Assembly (NCBI GenBank): GCA_021325135.1
Contig: JAJPHT010000015.1
Location: 96,001-160,000 of the forward strand
Reading direction: 5' to 3'
Source: Pseudomonadota bacterium
GTDB lineage: Archaea > Thermoplasmatota > SW-10-69-26 > JACQPN01 > JAJPHT01
Length of the DNA stretch: 64,000 nucleotides
Shown: piece by piece, positions 1 to 9,285 of the stretch
Numbering within the stretch: position 1 is the first letter of the stretch
Layout: each line of letters begins with the position of its first letter
Translations under genes and position numbers: made by a program
The notes under the pieces: model-generated
What the model was told of the DNA's origin: nothing
The model's database searches: none
Seen by the model: only the letters and a program-made list of their open reading frames with translations

Positions 1-2
1 CG

Positions 3-2195
3 CTGCACATCAGCACCCAGGCGACCGTCCACAACAGCAAGGGGGTCCACTGGCTGGAGGACCTGGGCGCCGAGCGCGCGATCCTCGCCCGCGAGATGAC
101 GCTCAAGGACATCGTGCAGATGAAGGAGAGGACGGGCGCGGAGCTGGAGACGTTCGTCCACGGCGCGCTCTGCTACTGCTACTCGGGCCAATGCCTCATG
201 TCCTCCCTCATCGGCGAGAGGAGCGGCAACCGCGGCGCGTGCGCCTACACCTGCCGCCTGCCCTACGACATGACGCAGGGGGGCGAGGTCATGCCCGACG
301 TGGAGCAGAAGCACGTGCTCTCCTCCAAGGACCTCAACCAGATCGAGAGCATCCCCAAGCTCATCGAGTCGGGCGTCACGTCGTTCAAGATCGAGGGCCG
401 CATGAAGCGCCCCGAGTACGTCGCGGTCGTCACGCGCGCGTACCGCAACGCCATCGACCGCCACTACGCGGGGAACTTCCACGTCACGCCGGAGGAGCAC
501 GAGGCCGTGATGCACGTGTTCAACCGCGAGTTCACGCCGGGCTACCTCGAAGGCAAGGAGAAGTGGGCGTTCACCTCGTGGGACACCGACGGCAACCGCG
601 GGACGCCCCTGGGCGAGGTCGTGGAGGCGGGGCGCGGCTACGTCAAGGTGCGCCTCGCGGAGCCGCTGCGCGTGAAGGACGGCATCAGCGTCGTCCACAT
701 GCCCACGTGGGGCCACGAGAAGGGGGGCGAGCCGGAGGAGTACGGCTTCACCGTCACGCAGATCGACTTCGCGGGCCGCTGGGTCACCGAGGCCGATCCC
801 GGCATGGTCGTCTCCCTCAAGGGGAACGCCAAGGCCAGCGTGGGCGACAAGGTCTACAAGACGGCGGACTTCGACACGCTGGAGGCCGCGCGCCTGACGT
901 TCACGGGCGTCCCGCTGCGCCGCGTCGGCGTCTCGCTGCGCGCCCGCGTCGAGGTGGGCAGGCCCATCGCGGTCGAGCTTCGCGACGAGGAGCGCGGCGT
1001 CGCGGCGCGCCACGAGGGGTTCGTCGTCCAGCCCGCGCGCAAGGCGCCCCTTGCCGAGGCCACCGTGCGCGAGCAGCTCACGAAGCTCACCGACACCGTC
1101 TTCGAGGCCGACGCGATCGATATCACGGTGGGGCCCGGCGCGTTCGCGCCCCTCTCGGAGCTGAACGAGGCGCGCCGGGGCGCGGTCGCCGCGCTGGAGC
1201 GCGCCATCGCGGAGCGCGCGCACCGGGCTCCGCTCGCCGACCTCGACGTGAAGGCCGCGCGCCTGCTCACGTTCCCCGAGGTGGACCGCAGCGCGCGGAC
1301 GCTGGACCTGGCGGTCAACTGCTGGGGCCTCGCCAACGTGCGCGCGGCGCTGGAGGGCGGAGCGAAGACCGTCTACTTCAGCGGCCTCAAGGTGGGCGGC
1401 CTCCAGCCCAGGTGGGACTCCGTCGCGGAGGCCGCGGCGCTCGCCGAGGAGCACGGCGCGAAGCTCTGGCTCGCCAGCGGCATGATCCAGAAGGACTGGG
1501 AGGTGGAGGCGCTCCGCGCCGCCGTGCGCGAGGCCCGCGCGAGCCCCGCGTTCGCGGGCGTGCTCGCGGGCAACCACGGCGCGTGCCAGGTGGCGAAGGA
1601 GGAGGGCGTGCCCTTCGTCGCGGACTGGCCGCTCAACGTCTACAACAGCGTGACCACCGACTTCCTCGTGGAGCACGGCGCCGCGCGCATCACGCTCTCG
1701 CCCGAATTGACGCTGGAGCAGATGGCGGACGTGGCGCGCCACACCGCGGCGCCCCTGGAGGCGCTGGTCCACGGCCGGCTCACGCTCATGACCAGCGAGT
1801 ACTGCAGCATCGGCCACGCGACGCGCTGCCAGATGCCCGGCGGCACGTGGGCGCCCTGCCACGACGCGGCGTACTCGCTCCAGGACCGCCTGGGCAAGCG
1901 CTTCCCCCTGGAGACCGACGGCGCGTGCCGCATGTACATCCTCAACTCGGTGGAGCTGGCGATGCTCAACCGGCTGCCCGACCTCGCGGCGGCGGGGCTC
2001 GACGTGCTCCGCATCGAGAGCATCGGCACGAAGCCCGACGCGCTGCGCGAGCAGGTCGCGCTCTACCGCGAGGCCATCGACGCGTGGAACGCGGACCCCT
2101 CGGGCTATCACCTGCCCAAGGGCCGCTGGAAGGCGCTGGAGCAGACGTGCCCCGACGGCTTCACCACCGGCCACTTCTACCGCGGGCCAGCGTGA
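3..2195 (+). CDS. Peptidase U32 family Fe-S protein with DUF3656-like middle region and second U32-like domain (RlhA-like RNA hydroxylase); 5' end lies outside window
   Basis: Frame open from base 3 (LHISTQATVHN...RAILARE); motifs ETFVHGALCYCYSGQC, NRGACAYTCR, FKIEGRMK; C-terminal TTGHFYRG. Confidence 0.85.
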   Translation: MHISTQATVHNSKGVHWLEDLGAERAILAREMTLKDIVQMKERTGAELETFVHGALCYCYSGQCLMSSLIGERSGNRGACAYTCRLPYDMTQGGEVMPDVEQKHVLSSKDLNQIESIPKLIESGVTSFKIEGRMKRPEYVAVVTRAYRNAIDRHYAGNFHVTPEEHEAVMHVFNREFTPGYLEGKEKWAFTSWDTDGNRGTPLGEVVEAGRGYVKVRLAEPLRVKDGISVVHMPTWGHEKGGEPEEYGFTVTQIDFAGRWVTEADPGMVVSLKGNAKASVGDKVYKTADFDTLEAARLTFTGVPLRRVGVSLRARVEVGRPIAVELRDEERGVAARHEGFVVQPARKAPLAEATVREQLTKLTDTVFEADAIDITVGPGAFAPLSELNEARRGAVAALERAIAERAHRAPLADLDVKAARLLTFPEVDRSARTLDLAVNCWGLANVRAALEGGAKTVYFSGLKVGGLQPRWDSVAEAAALAEEHGAKLWLASGMIQKDWEVEALRAAVREARASPAFAGVLAGNHGACQVAKEEGVPFVADWPLNVYNSVTTDFLVEHGAARITLSPELTLEQMADVARHTAAPLEALVHGRLTLMTSEYCSIGHATRCQMPGGTWAPCHDAAYSLQDRLGKRFPLETDGACRMYILNSVELAMLNRLPDLAAAGLDVLRIESIGTKPDALREQVALYREAIDAWNADPSGYHLPKGRWKALEQTCPDGFTTGHFYRGPA

Positions 2196-3717
2196 GGACG
2201 ACCGCGAGCGCGGCGACGAGGCCCAGCCCCGGCGCGCGCTTCTCGGCGGGCGACGTCGCGGCGGGTGGCGAGGTCGTCGTGACGTTGCTCGCGGCCGGCG
2301 TCGGCGCGGCGACCACGGCCTCGGCGTCCACCTCCTGCGTGGTGGCGTTGCTGATGCCGTAGGCGTCCGTCACGGTGAGCCTCACCTCGTGCGGGCCGGG
2401 GGACGCGTAGCGGTGGCTCGCCGTGGGGCCCAGCGAGGAGGAGCCGTCCCCCCAGTCCCACGAGTAGGAGACGATGCGCCCTTCCCCCGCCGAGCCGAAG
2501 GCGTCGCCCGTGACTTCGAGGCCGCTGACGCTGAGCGTCATGCTGGGCGTCGGGGGCCGCGACGCGAGGGTCACGTTCTGGAACGCGGTGGAGGTCTGCC
2601 CGTAGCCGTCGGTCACGGTGAGCTGGATCGTGTGCCTGCCGGGCGTGGAGTAGACGTGCGTCGCGTTGGGCGTCGTCGTCTCGTCCGCGCCCGCCGAGGG
2701 GTCCCAGCGCCAGGCGTACCCCGTGAGGTTCCACCCCGTGGTGTTGGAGGCGTCCACGAGGACCTTCATGCCGTCGGCCACGGTGGCGCGGAACGTCGCG
2801 ACCGGGGGCACGACGCCCGGGGGCACGGAGACGTTGACCGAGTGGGAGACGTTGGCCTGCCCTCCGCGGTCGTCCTCCACGTGGAGCACGATCACGTACT
2901 GGCCTGCCGCGCCGTAGGTGTGCGTCGAGACGAGGTCCGACCCGATCTGCGGCTGCCCCAGGAGCGCCGCCGTGGCGCCCGGCGAGGACTGGCCGTCCCC
3001 CCACTCGTAGTACGACGCCTGGAGGGTGCCGTCGGGGTCGTAGGAGGCGGTGCCGTTCACGTCCACCGTGAGGTTGCTCACGGCCACGTCGAAGAGGGCG
3101 ACGGGGGGCTTGTTGGGCGGGCGGCTCGTCTGCGCGACGTGCGTGGCCGTCGCGGTGGCGCCCGCGTCGTCGGTCACGCGCAGCGTCACGGCGTAGTCGC
3201 CCGGCGCGCGGTACGAGTGCGCGGCCGAGACGCCCGACGCGTTGTCGCCGTCGCCCCAGTCCCACGCGTACTCCACGATGCGCCCGTCGGGGTCGGACGA
3301 CGCGCTGGCGTTGACCGTGGCGTTGAGCGCCGCCACCGTGAGGTTGAACTCGGCGACGGGGGGCTGGTTCGCCGCGGGCGCGGGCGTGGTCGCCGCGGGC
3401 GCCTGCACGACGACGGTGCCCGTCATGGACGGGTGGATCGCGCAATGATAGCTGTAGGTCCCGGGCGTCGGGAACGTCCGCTCGCACGTCGCCCCCGTGG
3501 ACGCGCTGGGGCAGTCGGCCGGGCCCCCCGCCGCATCGAACGTCACCGTGTGCGGGCCGCCTGACCACGTCCAGAGCACGCTGCCGCCCGCGGGGATGGT
3601 CACCGAGGCGGGCGAGAAGGAGAAGCTCGCCACCGTCACGGACGCGTCGGCCGCCCGCGCGACGGGCGCGAGCGGCGCGACCAGCAGCAGCGCGAAGAGC
3701 GCGAGGGCCAGACGCAT
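2161..3717 (-). CDS. Surface protein: signal peptide, cupredoxin (type-1 Cu) domain, 4 PKD domains, PGF-CTERM-like anchor
   Basis: PHTVT and YHCAIHPSMTG copper ligands; WDWGDG/EWGDG PKD motifs; tail APGLGLVAALAVVLTLARGR. Confidence 0.85.
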   Translation of the reverse strand: MRLALALFALLLVAPLAPVARAADASVTVASFSFSPASVTIPAGGSVLWTWSGGPHTVTFDAAGGPADCPSASTGATCERTFPTPGTYSYHCAIHPSMTGTVVVQAPAATTPAPAANQPPVAEFNLTVAALNATVNASASSDPDGRIVEYAWDWGDGDNASGVSAAHSYRAPGDYAVTLRVTDDAGATATATHVAQTSRPPNKPPVALFDVAVSNLTVDVNGTASYDPDGTLQASYYEWGDGQSSPGATAALLGQPQIGSDLVSTHTYGAAGQYVIVLHVEDDRGGQANVSHSVNVSVPPGVVPPVATFRATVADGMKVLVDASNTTGWNLTGYAWRWDPSAGADETTTPNATHVYSTPGRHTIQLTVTDGYGQTSTAFQNVTLASRPPTPSMTLSVSGLEVTGDAFGSAGEGRIVSYSWDWGDGSSSLGPTASHRYASPGPHEVRLTVTDAYGISNATTQEVDAEAVVAAPTPAASNVTTTSPPAATSPAEKRAPGLGLVAALAVVLTLARGRSGRW

Positions 3718-3777
3718 GCGACCGCGCAACGGAGGCCCGAAGGATCAAGACCGCTCCCTACGGACCTCCCAATCCTC

Positions 3778-4131
3778 ATGTGGGGGCGCACGCCTGCCCG
3801 CGCCGTGGCGGGACTGGCCCTCGCTCCCTGGCAATGGGGCGCCCTCGCGGCGGCCTACGCCGTCTTCTTCGTCGCCCCCGCCCTCTGGATGGCGCGCCGC
3901 GCCAAGCGCGACGGCGACAAGGTCGCCATCTGGACGGCCCTCGTCCTCGTGGGCAGCGTCATGGGCATCGTGGAGTACTTCGAGCATCGCGCCATCCTCC
4001 AGGCCCGCGCGCGGCGTGGCGACGAGCCGCCGGACTATGGGGCGGCCGCGCCCCGGCAGGGAAAAGGCCAAGAGGCGCCCCGGCAAGCGCCGCCCCGTGA
4101 GGAGGAAGGGGAGGAGCGGGAGGGGCGCTAG
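3778..4131 (+). CDS. Small membrane protein (2 TM) with charged tail
   Basis: Two hydrophobic segments, GC-ending codons; start uncertain. Confidence 0.55.
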   Translation: MWGRTPARAVAGLALAPWQWGALAAAYAVFFVAPALWMARRAKRDGDKVAIWTALVLVGSVMGIVEYFEHRAILQARARRGDEPPDYGAAAPRQGKGQEAPRQAPPREEEGEEREGR

Positions 4132-4164
4132 CGGCGCGCGCCGTGGGGCGCTGCTGCCGCGGGC

Positions 4165-4278
4165 TCGCTGCGCGAGGCGGGCCGCCGGCTGGGCATGGCG
4201 GCGCCCTCGGTCCACAGGACCAAGAAGCGCCTCGAAGGGGCGGGGCTCCTGCCCATCCCCGCGCCGCAAAGCCCATGA
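4165..4278 (+). pseudogene. Remnant of the C-terminal HTH of a paralog of 4380-6467
   Basis: Translates SLREAGRRLGMAAPSVHRTKKRLEGAGLLP versus TLREAGARLGLSAPSVHRCKKRLEKAGLLP at the end of 4380-6467; no start codon upstream of the HTH-like segment. Confidence 0.65.
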
Positions 4279-4379
4279 GCCCCCTCGGGCACCCGGGCCT
4301 CGCGAGGAGGCTTGCTAGCCGGATGCTCCGTCGTCAGGAATACCCCCCGCGCGCTCGTTCGTTCGGGAGCTTGACCTCC

Positions 4380-6467
4380 GTGCGTCCGACCCTCGCCTTC
4401 GCCCTCTTCGCAGCCCTTCTCATGACCGCCCCCGCCGCCCGGGCGGGGTGGTTCTCCAAGACGACCATCCACGTTGCCCCCTACCGCGTGGGCGACGTGC
4501 TGCGCTACGAGGAGGCAAGCCGCGTCGTCTCCAAGGACGGCAAGGCCGAGACCGAGTCCGCCACGCACGTCGCGGCGGTGGAGCGGCGCCTCGCCATTCC
4601 CGACCCCTACGGCGAGCCGCGCCCCGTGACGGCCATCCGCGTGGACCTGCTGCGCGACGGGAAGCTCAACGGCAGCGTCCGCTTCCACGTCCTCGACGGG
4701 AGCAACCTCTCTCTGAGGACCGACACCCTCTACGGGCAGTTCACGTATGGCTTCGGCTACAGCGCCCAGGGGCAGGGCGTCGCGGGCGTGCCCGTCACGG
4801 GCGGCTGGTCGTACAGCCAGAACACGACGTGGCTCTCCACGTTCAACACCAGCGTGTGGGACCTCTACCTCGTGCGGCCCGCGACGCTCTCCGAGGGGGA
4901 CCGCGTCCCGGTGGAGGACCTCTTTCCCGGCATGCCGCGGCCCGGCGCGCTCTCGGCGCCCGCGGAGGCCACGACCTTCCATGGCCACGACGCGATCCTG
5001 CTGCGCTACGACGTGGCCCAGCTTTTCGGGCCCGAGGAGACGAATCTCACTGGCGAGCTGAGGCTCGTCTTGGCCGACGGGCTCCCCGGCCTCGTCAAGG
5101 GCGAGGTGGACGCGGAGGACCTCGGCGAAGGCTCGCGCGAGACGGGCTCGTGGGAGTTGGCGGGCTACTCTCCGGGCAGCGGGGAGGCGATGCCCGCCTA
5201 TCGCGGAGTCACGCTGCGCGGCCCCGCGGCGGGGCCCTACGAGGCGTTGAGCCTCGACACGCGCGCCCTCCCCGTGGACTACCGCTTCGACGACGCGCTC
5301 GCGAACCTCAAGGCCGACCCCCAGATGGGGCTCGCCTCGTGGCTGCGGCAGCACCCGGCCGCGCAGGTCCTCTACGCTGGCTACGACCGCCTCGGCTCGT
5401 CGCGGGTGAGCGGCGCCCAGGACACCGACGGCGGCTGGGGCGTCACGCTGGTGGACGGGCGCGAGACGCGCTCCTTCTATTCCTCCCGCGAAGGCGCGGC
5501 GGCCGGGGCGGCGAGCCGGCTGCCCGACGCGCTGCGCAACGCGCCCGGCGTCACGGTCCACGACTTTGACGACGGCGGGAGCCGCGTGGACGCGGCGCCC
5601 GGCGTGCCCGCGGGTCTCGTGGCTCCGGCCGACGCGCTGCGCGCGGCGCTCGCCCAGGGGCTCGACGCGTCGAGCATCAAGGGCATCTCGTTCGCCCTGG
5701 GCTCGTACCACGGCCAGACGTATGCCGTCTGGACGTTCAGCGAGGTGGGCAGCCAGACGCAAAGCGGGACCGAGGAGGGGCGCATGGTCTTCGTGGACGC
5801 GATCACCGGCGCCGCGACGGGAATCGCCAGCACGCGGCGCACGGTGGACAACCCGGGCCTCATCCCGCTGGGCGCCGCGGCCGCGGACCTCCCGGGATCG
5901 GGCGCGTCCACCCTCTCTGCCCTCGCGGGCCCCGGCCTCGGCGCGGGCCTCGCCGGCGGCGCGGCGCTCACCGGCCTCGCGCTCCTGGCGCTCCTCGTGA
6001 AGTTCCTCCTCGTGCCGCTCTTCACGCGGCTGCGCCGCGACGGCCTGCTGGAGAACGCGACCCGCGCCCGCCTCTACGAGCGCATCCGCGCCGAGCCCGG
6101 CATCCACCTGGCGGAGCTTGTCGACTTCACCGGGATCGGCGAGGGCGCGACGCGGCACCACGTGGACCAGCTCGTGAAGCACCGCTTCGTCACGCGTCTG
6201 GACGAAGAGGGCTTCGTGCGCTTCTACGCCGCGGGCGAGGTGCCCCCCGACGTCGCGCGCCGCGAGGCGCTTCTCCGCGCGGGCTCCATGCGCGGCGTGT
6301 ACGACCTCTACGCCCGCGAGCCGCGGCTCACGCTGCGCGAGGCGGGCGCGCGGCTGGGCCTCTCCGCGCCCAGCGTGCACCGCTGCAAGAAGCGGCTGGA
6401 GAAGGCCGGTCTCCTGCCCGCCGCGACCGAGGCGCGCGTGGCGGCCGCCGCTGCGGCAGAAGCCTGA
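4380..6467 (+). CDS. Signal peptide + large ectodomain + TM + cytoplasmic tandem winged-helix (COG3398-like) regulator
   Basis: GTG start VRPTLAFALFAALLMTAPAARA; TM then LFTRLRRDGLLENATRARLYERIRAEPGIHLAEL...ATRHHVDQL; second HTH at C-terminus. Confidence 0.8.
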   Translation: MRPTLAFALFAALLMTAPAARAGWFSKTTIHVAPYRVGDVLRYEEASRVVSKDGKAETESATHVAAVERRLAIPDPYGEPRPVTAIRVDLLRDGKLNGSVRFHVLDGSNLSLRTDTLYGQFTYGFGYSAQGQGVAGVPVTGGWSYSQNTTWLSTFNTSVWDLYLVRPATLSEGDRVPVEDLFPGMPRPGALSAPAEATTFHGHDAILLRYDVAQLFGPEETNLTGELRLVLADGLPGLVKGEVDAEDLGEGSRETGSWELAGYSPGSGEAMPAYRGVTLRGPAAGPYEALSLDTRALPVDYRFDDALANLKADPQMGLASWLRQHPAAQVLYAGYDRLGSSRVSGAQDTDGGWGVTLVDGRETRSFYSSREGAAAGAASRLPDALRNAPGVTVHDFDDGGSRVDAAPGVPAGLVAPADALRAALAQGLDASSIKGISFALGSYHGQTYAVWTFSEVGSQTQSGTEEGRMVFVDAITGAATGIASTRRTVDNPGLIPLGAAAADLPGSGASTLSALAGPGLGAGLAGGAALTGLALLALLVKFLLVPLFTRLRRDGLLENATRARLYERIRAEPGIHLAELVDFTGIGEGATRHHVDQLVKHRFVTRLDEEGFVRFYAAGEVPPDVARREALLRAGSMRGVYDLYAREPRLTLREAGARLGLSAPSVHRCKKRLEKAGLLPAATEARVAAAAAAEA

Positions 6468-6492
6468 AGCGCCCGCCCCGCCTCGCCGTCGC

Positions 6493-6888
6493 GTGCGCGT
6501 GTTCGTCGTGCCCGGCCCGGACGAGGAGGTCGCCAAGGCCCTCGTCACCGCGATCCACGAGGCGGGCCACGAGGTCATCAACGACCCCTTCGGCGCGCTG
6601 AGGGCCCCGCCCCTCGCGCAGGCGGAGCGCAACGTCTTCCTGGGCGCGGTGGACCGCATGCTGGAGGCCGACGCCGTGGTGGCCGACGCGTCGGCCCAGA
6701 GCCACGCCGTGGGGTGGTGCGTCGCCTGGTTCCTGGCGAAGGGGCGCCTCGCCGTGCTCTCCTGCCGCCGCGACGCGCGCGCCGCCCTCTCCCCCATGCT
6801 CGCGGGCAACCCCAGCCCGTGGCAGAAGCTCGTCCTCTACGAGGGGCCGCGCGACCTGGCCGACGCCCTGGCCTCCCTTCTGCGCTGA
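6493..6888 (+). CDS. Nucleoside 2-deoxyribosyltransferase/DNPH1-like fold protein, probably catalytically degenerate
   Basis: ADAVVADASAQSHAVGWCV...LSPMLAGNP resembles ADVVVAEVTQPSLGVGYE...LSAMIRG; catalytic Glu position is Cys. Confidence 0.6.
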   Translation: MRVFVVPGPDEEVAKALVTAIHEAGHEVINDPFGALRAPPLAQAERNVFLGAVDRMLEADAVVADASAQSHAVGWCVAWFLAKGRLAVLSCRRDARAALSPMLAGNPSPWQKLVLYEGPRDLADALASLLR

Positions 6889-7353
6889 CGCGCGCGGCGT
6901 CGGTGCCCTTTCTCGAAGAACGCTGGATCATGACGAGTCTTGTTATGAGAATCGCCACGAAATCTAGAACATCAGGAAAAGATTGACCCGTGTCGCCGTC
7001 CGGCGCCGCCGGTTGATGGATCCGCCGGATGGTGGGGGCGAGGCTGGCGCGTGGCGCCCCAGACCCGCCCGCGCGTAGGGCCGCCGCGATTCGCCTTTGG
7101 ATCGCCAATCATCAGGAAAAATCGATGGAGCGCCGGAGCGAATCCTCCCGGAAAGATAGCATTTGAATCGATAGCGACGCCTGGACGAGGCTTGCCGGCC
7201 CTCGCCTGGCGCGGACGGGCGTGGGAGACCGGTGAACCTGTGATCTGTTTCTGCGGCTTCGATTCACAATTAGTCTCGACGGTTGTATTTTCGTCTGCTC
7301 CGCGCATGCCGTGCCGGCGCCATGGCGCCATGAGAGTTGTTGGAGGAAATCAC

Positions 7354-9186
7354 ATGGAACGGCAGAACACGCTAACACACCTCGCCAGGAACGCCGGGGG
7401 GAGGGCCTCGCTGGTCCTGCTCCTTGGGCTCCTCGTCGTCCTTCCGCTGAGCGTCCCCTTCGCGGCGGGCACGACGCAGAGCCTGCTCGTCCCCCAGGGA
7501 ACGACCCTGGTCGTGGACGGGCACCTGAGCCTCGCGGACCTCACCGTGCTGGGAACCCTGGAGACGCGCGCGCCCGGAACCTGGACGATCGTCGCCCAGA
7601 CGGTGCACGTGGGCCCCCAGGGAATGATCCTGGGCCTGCGCGGCGCGGCCGGAGCGGACGCCCAGGGCGCCAACGCGGCGGCAGCCGCGGGCGCGCCCGG
7701 CGGAAGCATCGTCTTCACCGCGGCCTCCTTCGTCGTCGACCAGGGCGGCCTCGTCGCGGCCGGCCCCGGCGGCAACGGCGGCAACGCGCAGGGCTTCGGC
7801 CTCGTCGTGGGCGGCGCGGGCGGCAGCGGCGGCTCCGTCCTCGTGAAGGCCGTCACGAGCCGTGTCGAGGGCACCGTGATGGCGGGATCCGGCGGCGCGG
7901 GCGGGCACGCCTACCAGCACGTGGAGGGCGCCCTGGCGGCGGCCTCGACCGCGGCGTCCATCGGCGGCAAGGGCGGCGACGCGGGCCTTGCGCTCCTCGA
8001 CGGGAACCTGCTCCCGCTGCGCGAGCCCCGGCTCGTGCCTCCCCAGGTCGTCCAGATCCTGCAGGAGGTCGCCCACTGCGCCGGCGGGGTCCCCGTGGGC
8101 ACCTCCGGCCTCTCCCCGCCCGGCCCCATCTCGGGCGGCCCCGGCGGCGACGCCTGCATGGAGTCCATCGGGGCGCCCGGCCTGAGCGGCTCGGGCTGCG
8201 CGCCCAACAGCAGCACTGGCCTCCCCGGCCAGCCCGGCGGCCCCGCCAGCGCGACGGCCCAGGGCGGCGCGGGCGGCAACGGCGGCGTCGCCGGCAGCGG
8301 AGGCGGCGGCGGCAAGGCCACCGCCTACGCGGTCGCCGGAAGCGGCGGCAACGGCGGAGACTGCAACGCTCCCTCGGGCTCGGGCGGAGCGGGAGGCTCC
8401 GGCGCTGGAGCCACCGCGACCGCGACGGGCGGCGTGGGCGGCGCAGGCGGCAACAACGCGGCCGGCGGTGGCGGCGGCTCGGGCGGCGCGGGCGGCTCGG
8501 CGCTCTCCACGGCGCTGGGCGGCGCGGGCGGCAACGGCGGCTCGTCCTCCAGCCCCACGGGCACCGGAGGCGCCGGCGCCGCGGGAGGCAACTCCCACTC
8601 CACGGCCACGGCCGGGGTGGGAGGACAGGCGGGCGGCAGCCCCGGCGCCACCGGTGGCGTCGGCGGCAGCGGCGGCTACGCCCAGGCCACCGGGGCCTCC
8701 GGCAACGGCGGCTCGGGCGGCGACGGCGGCAACGCGCCCGGCATCGGCGCCGGCGCGGGCGACCCGACGATCGTGAGCGCCACCGGCGGCACGGGCGGTG
8801 GCGGCGGCACGGGCTACTCGGGCGGCAACGGTGGACAGGGCGGCGACGCCGTGACGTTCCTGGCCGCCACGGGCCTCCAGGGCGGCAACGGCGGCGCCAG
8901 CCCCAGCGGCGACGGAGCGGGCGGCCGCGGCGGAGACTACTTCTCCACCGCGACGGCCGGCAACGGCGGCGACAGCTGCCAGGGCGTCAACCCCCCGCCC
9001 GGCCCCCCCGCGCCCGGCCCCAACGGCCACGACGGCACCCCCGGAGCGGCCGGAACCGCGACCGCGGGCAACGGCTCGACCGCCGGCGGCTCGGGCACCC
9101 CGTCCGGCGCCAGCGGCATCCCGGTGTCCAGCTCTGTGCCCGGCCTGCCCGGCACCCTGGGCGGCCCCGGCTGCAACACGATGTGA
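7354..9186 (+). CDS. Secreted glycine-rich (PGRS-like) repeat protein A, no membrane anchor
   Basis: GGAGG RBS; hydrophobic signal region; GGxGGxGG tracts alternating with short Ala/Thr strands; ends PGCNTM. Confidence 0.85.
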   Translation: MERQNTLTHLARNAGGRASLVLLLGLLVVLPLSVPFAAGTTQSLLVPQGTTLVVDGHLSLADLTVLGTLETRAPGTWTIVAQTVHVGPQGMILGLRGAAGADAQGANAAAAAGAPGGSIVFTAASFVVDQGGLVAAGPGGNGGNAQGFGLVVGGAGGSGGSVLVKAVTSRVEGTVMAGSGGAGGHAYQHVEGALAAASTAASIGGKGGDAGLALLDGNLLPLREPRLVPPQVVQILQEVAHCAGGVPVGTSGLSPPGPISGGPGGDACMESIGAPGLSGSGCAPNSSTGLPGQPGGPASATAQGGAGGNGGVAGSGGGGGKATAYAVAGSGGNGGDCNAPSGSGGAGGSGAGATATATGGVGGAGGNNAAGGGGGSGGAGGSALSTALGGAGGNGGSSSSPTGTGGAGAAGGNSHSTATAGVGGQAGGSPGATGGVGGSGGYAQATGASGNGGSGGDGGNAPGIGAGAGDPTIVSATGGTGGGGGTGYSGGNGGQGGDAVTFLAATGLQGGNGGASPSGDGAGGRGGDYFSTATAGNGGDSCQGVNPPPGPPAPGPNGHDGTPGAAGTATAGNGSTAGGSGTPSGASGIPVSSSVPGLPGTLGGPGCNTM

Positions 9187-9208
9187 GCCCGACGGATGAT
9201 AGCACCCT

Positions 9209-9246
9209 GGGGGCGCCGCGCGGCGGCGCCCCCTCCTTTCCCTTTC
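9209..9246 (+). terminator. 11-bp GC hairpin plus pyrimidine tract between the two Gly-rich genes
   Basis: GGGGGCGCCGC-gcg-GCGGCGCCCCC followed by TCCTTTCCCTTT. Confidence 0.6.
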
Positions 9247-9285
9247 ACACGGACCCTGACACAACCACGCGATGGAGGCACTTCC

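Noticed and set aside
4129-4131. Genome-wide amber recoding (pyrrolysine)
   Set aside because: Conserved genes such as E1 beta, hel308 and cgi121 end normally at TAG; no pyl genes seen
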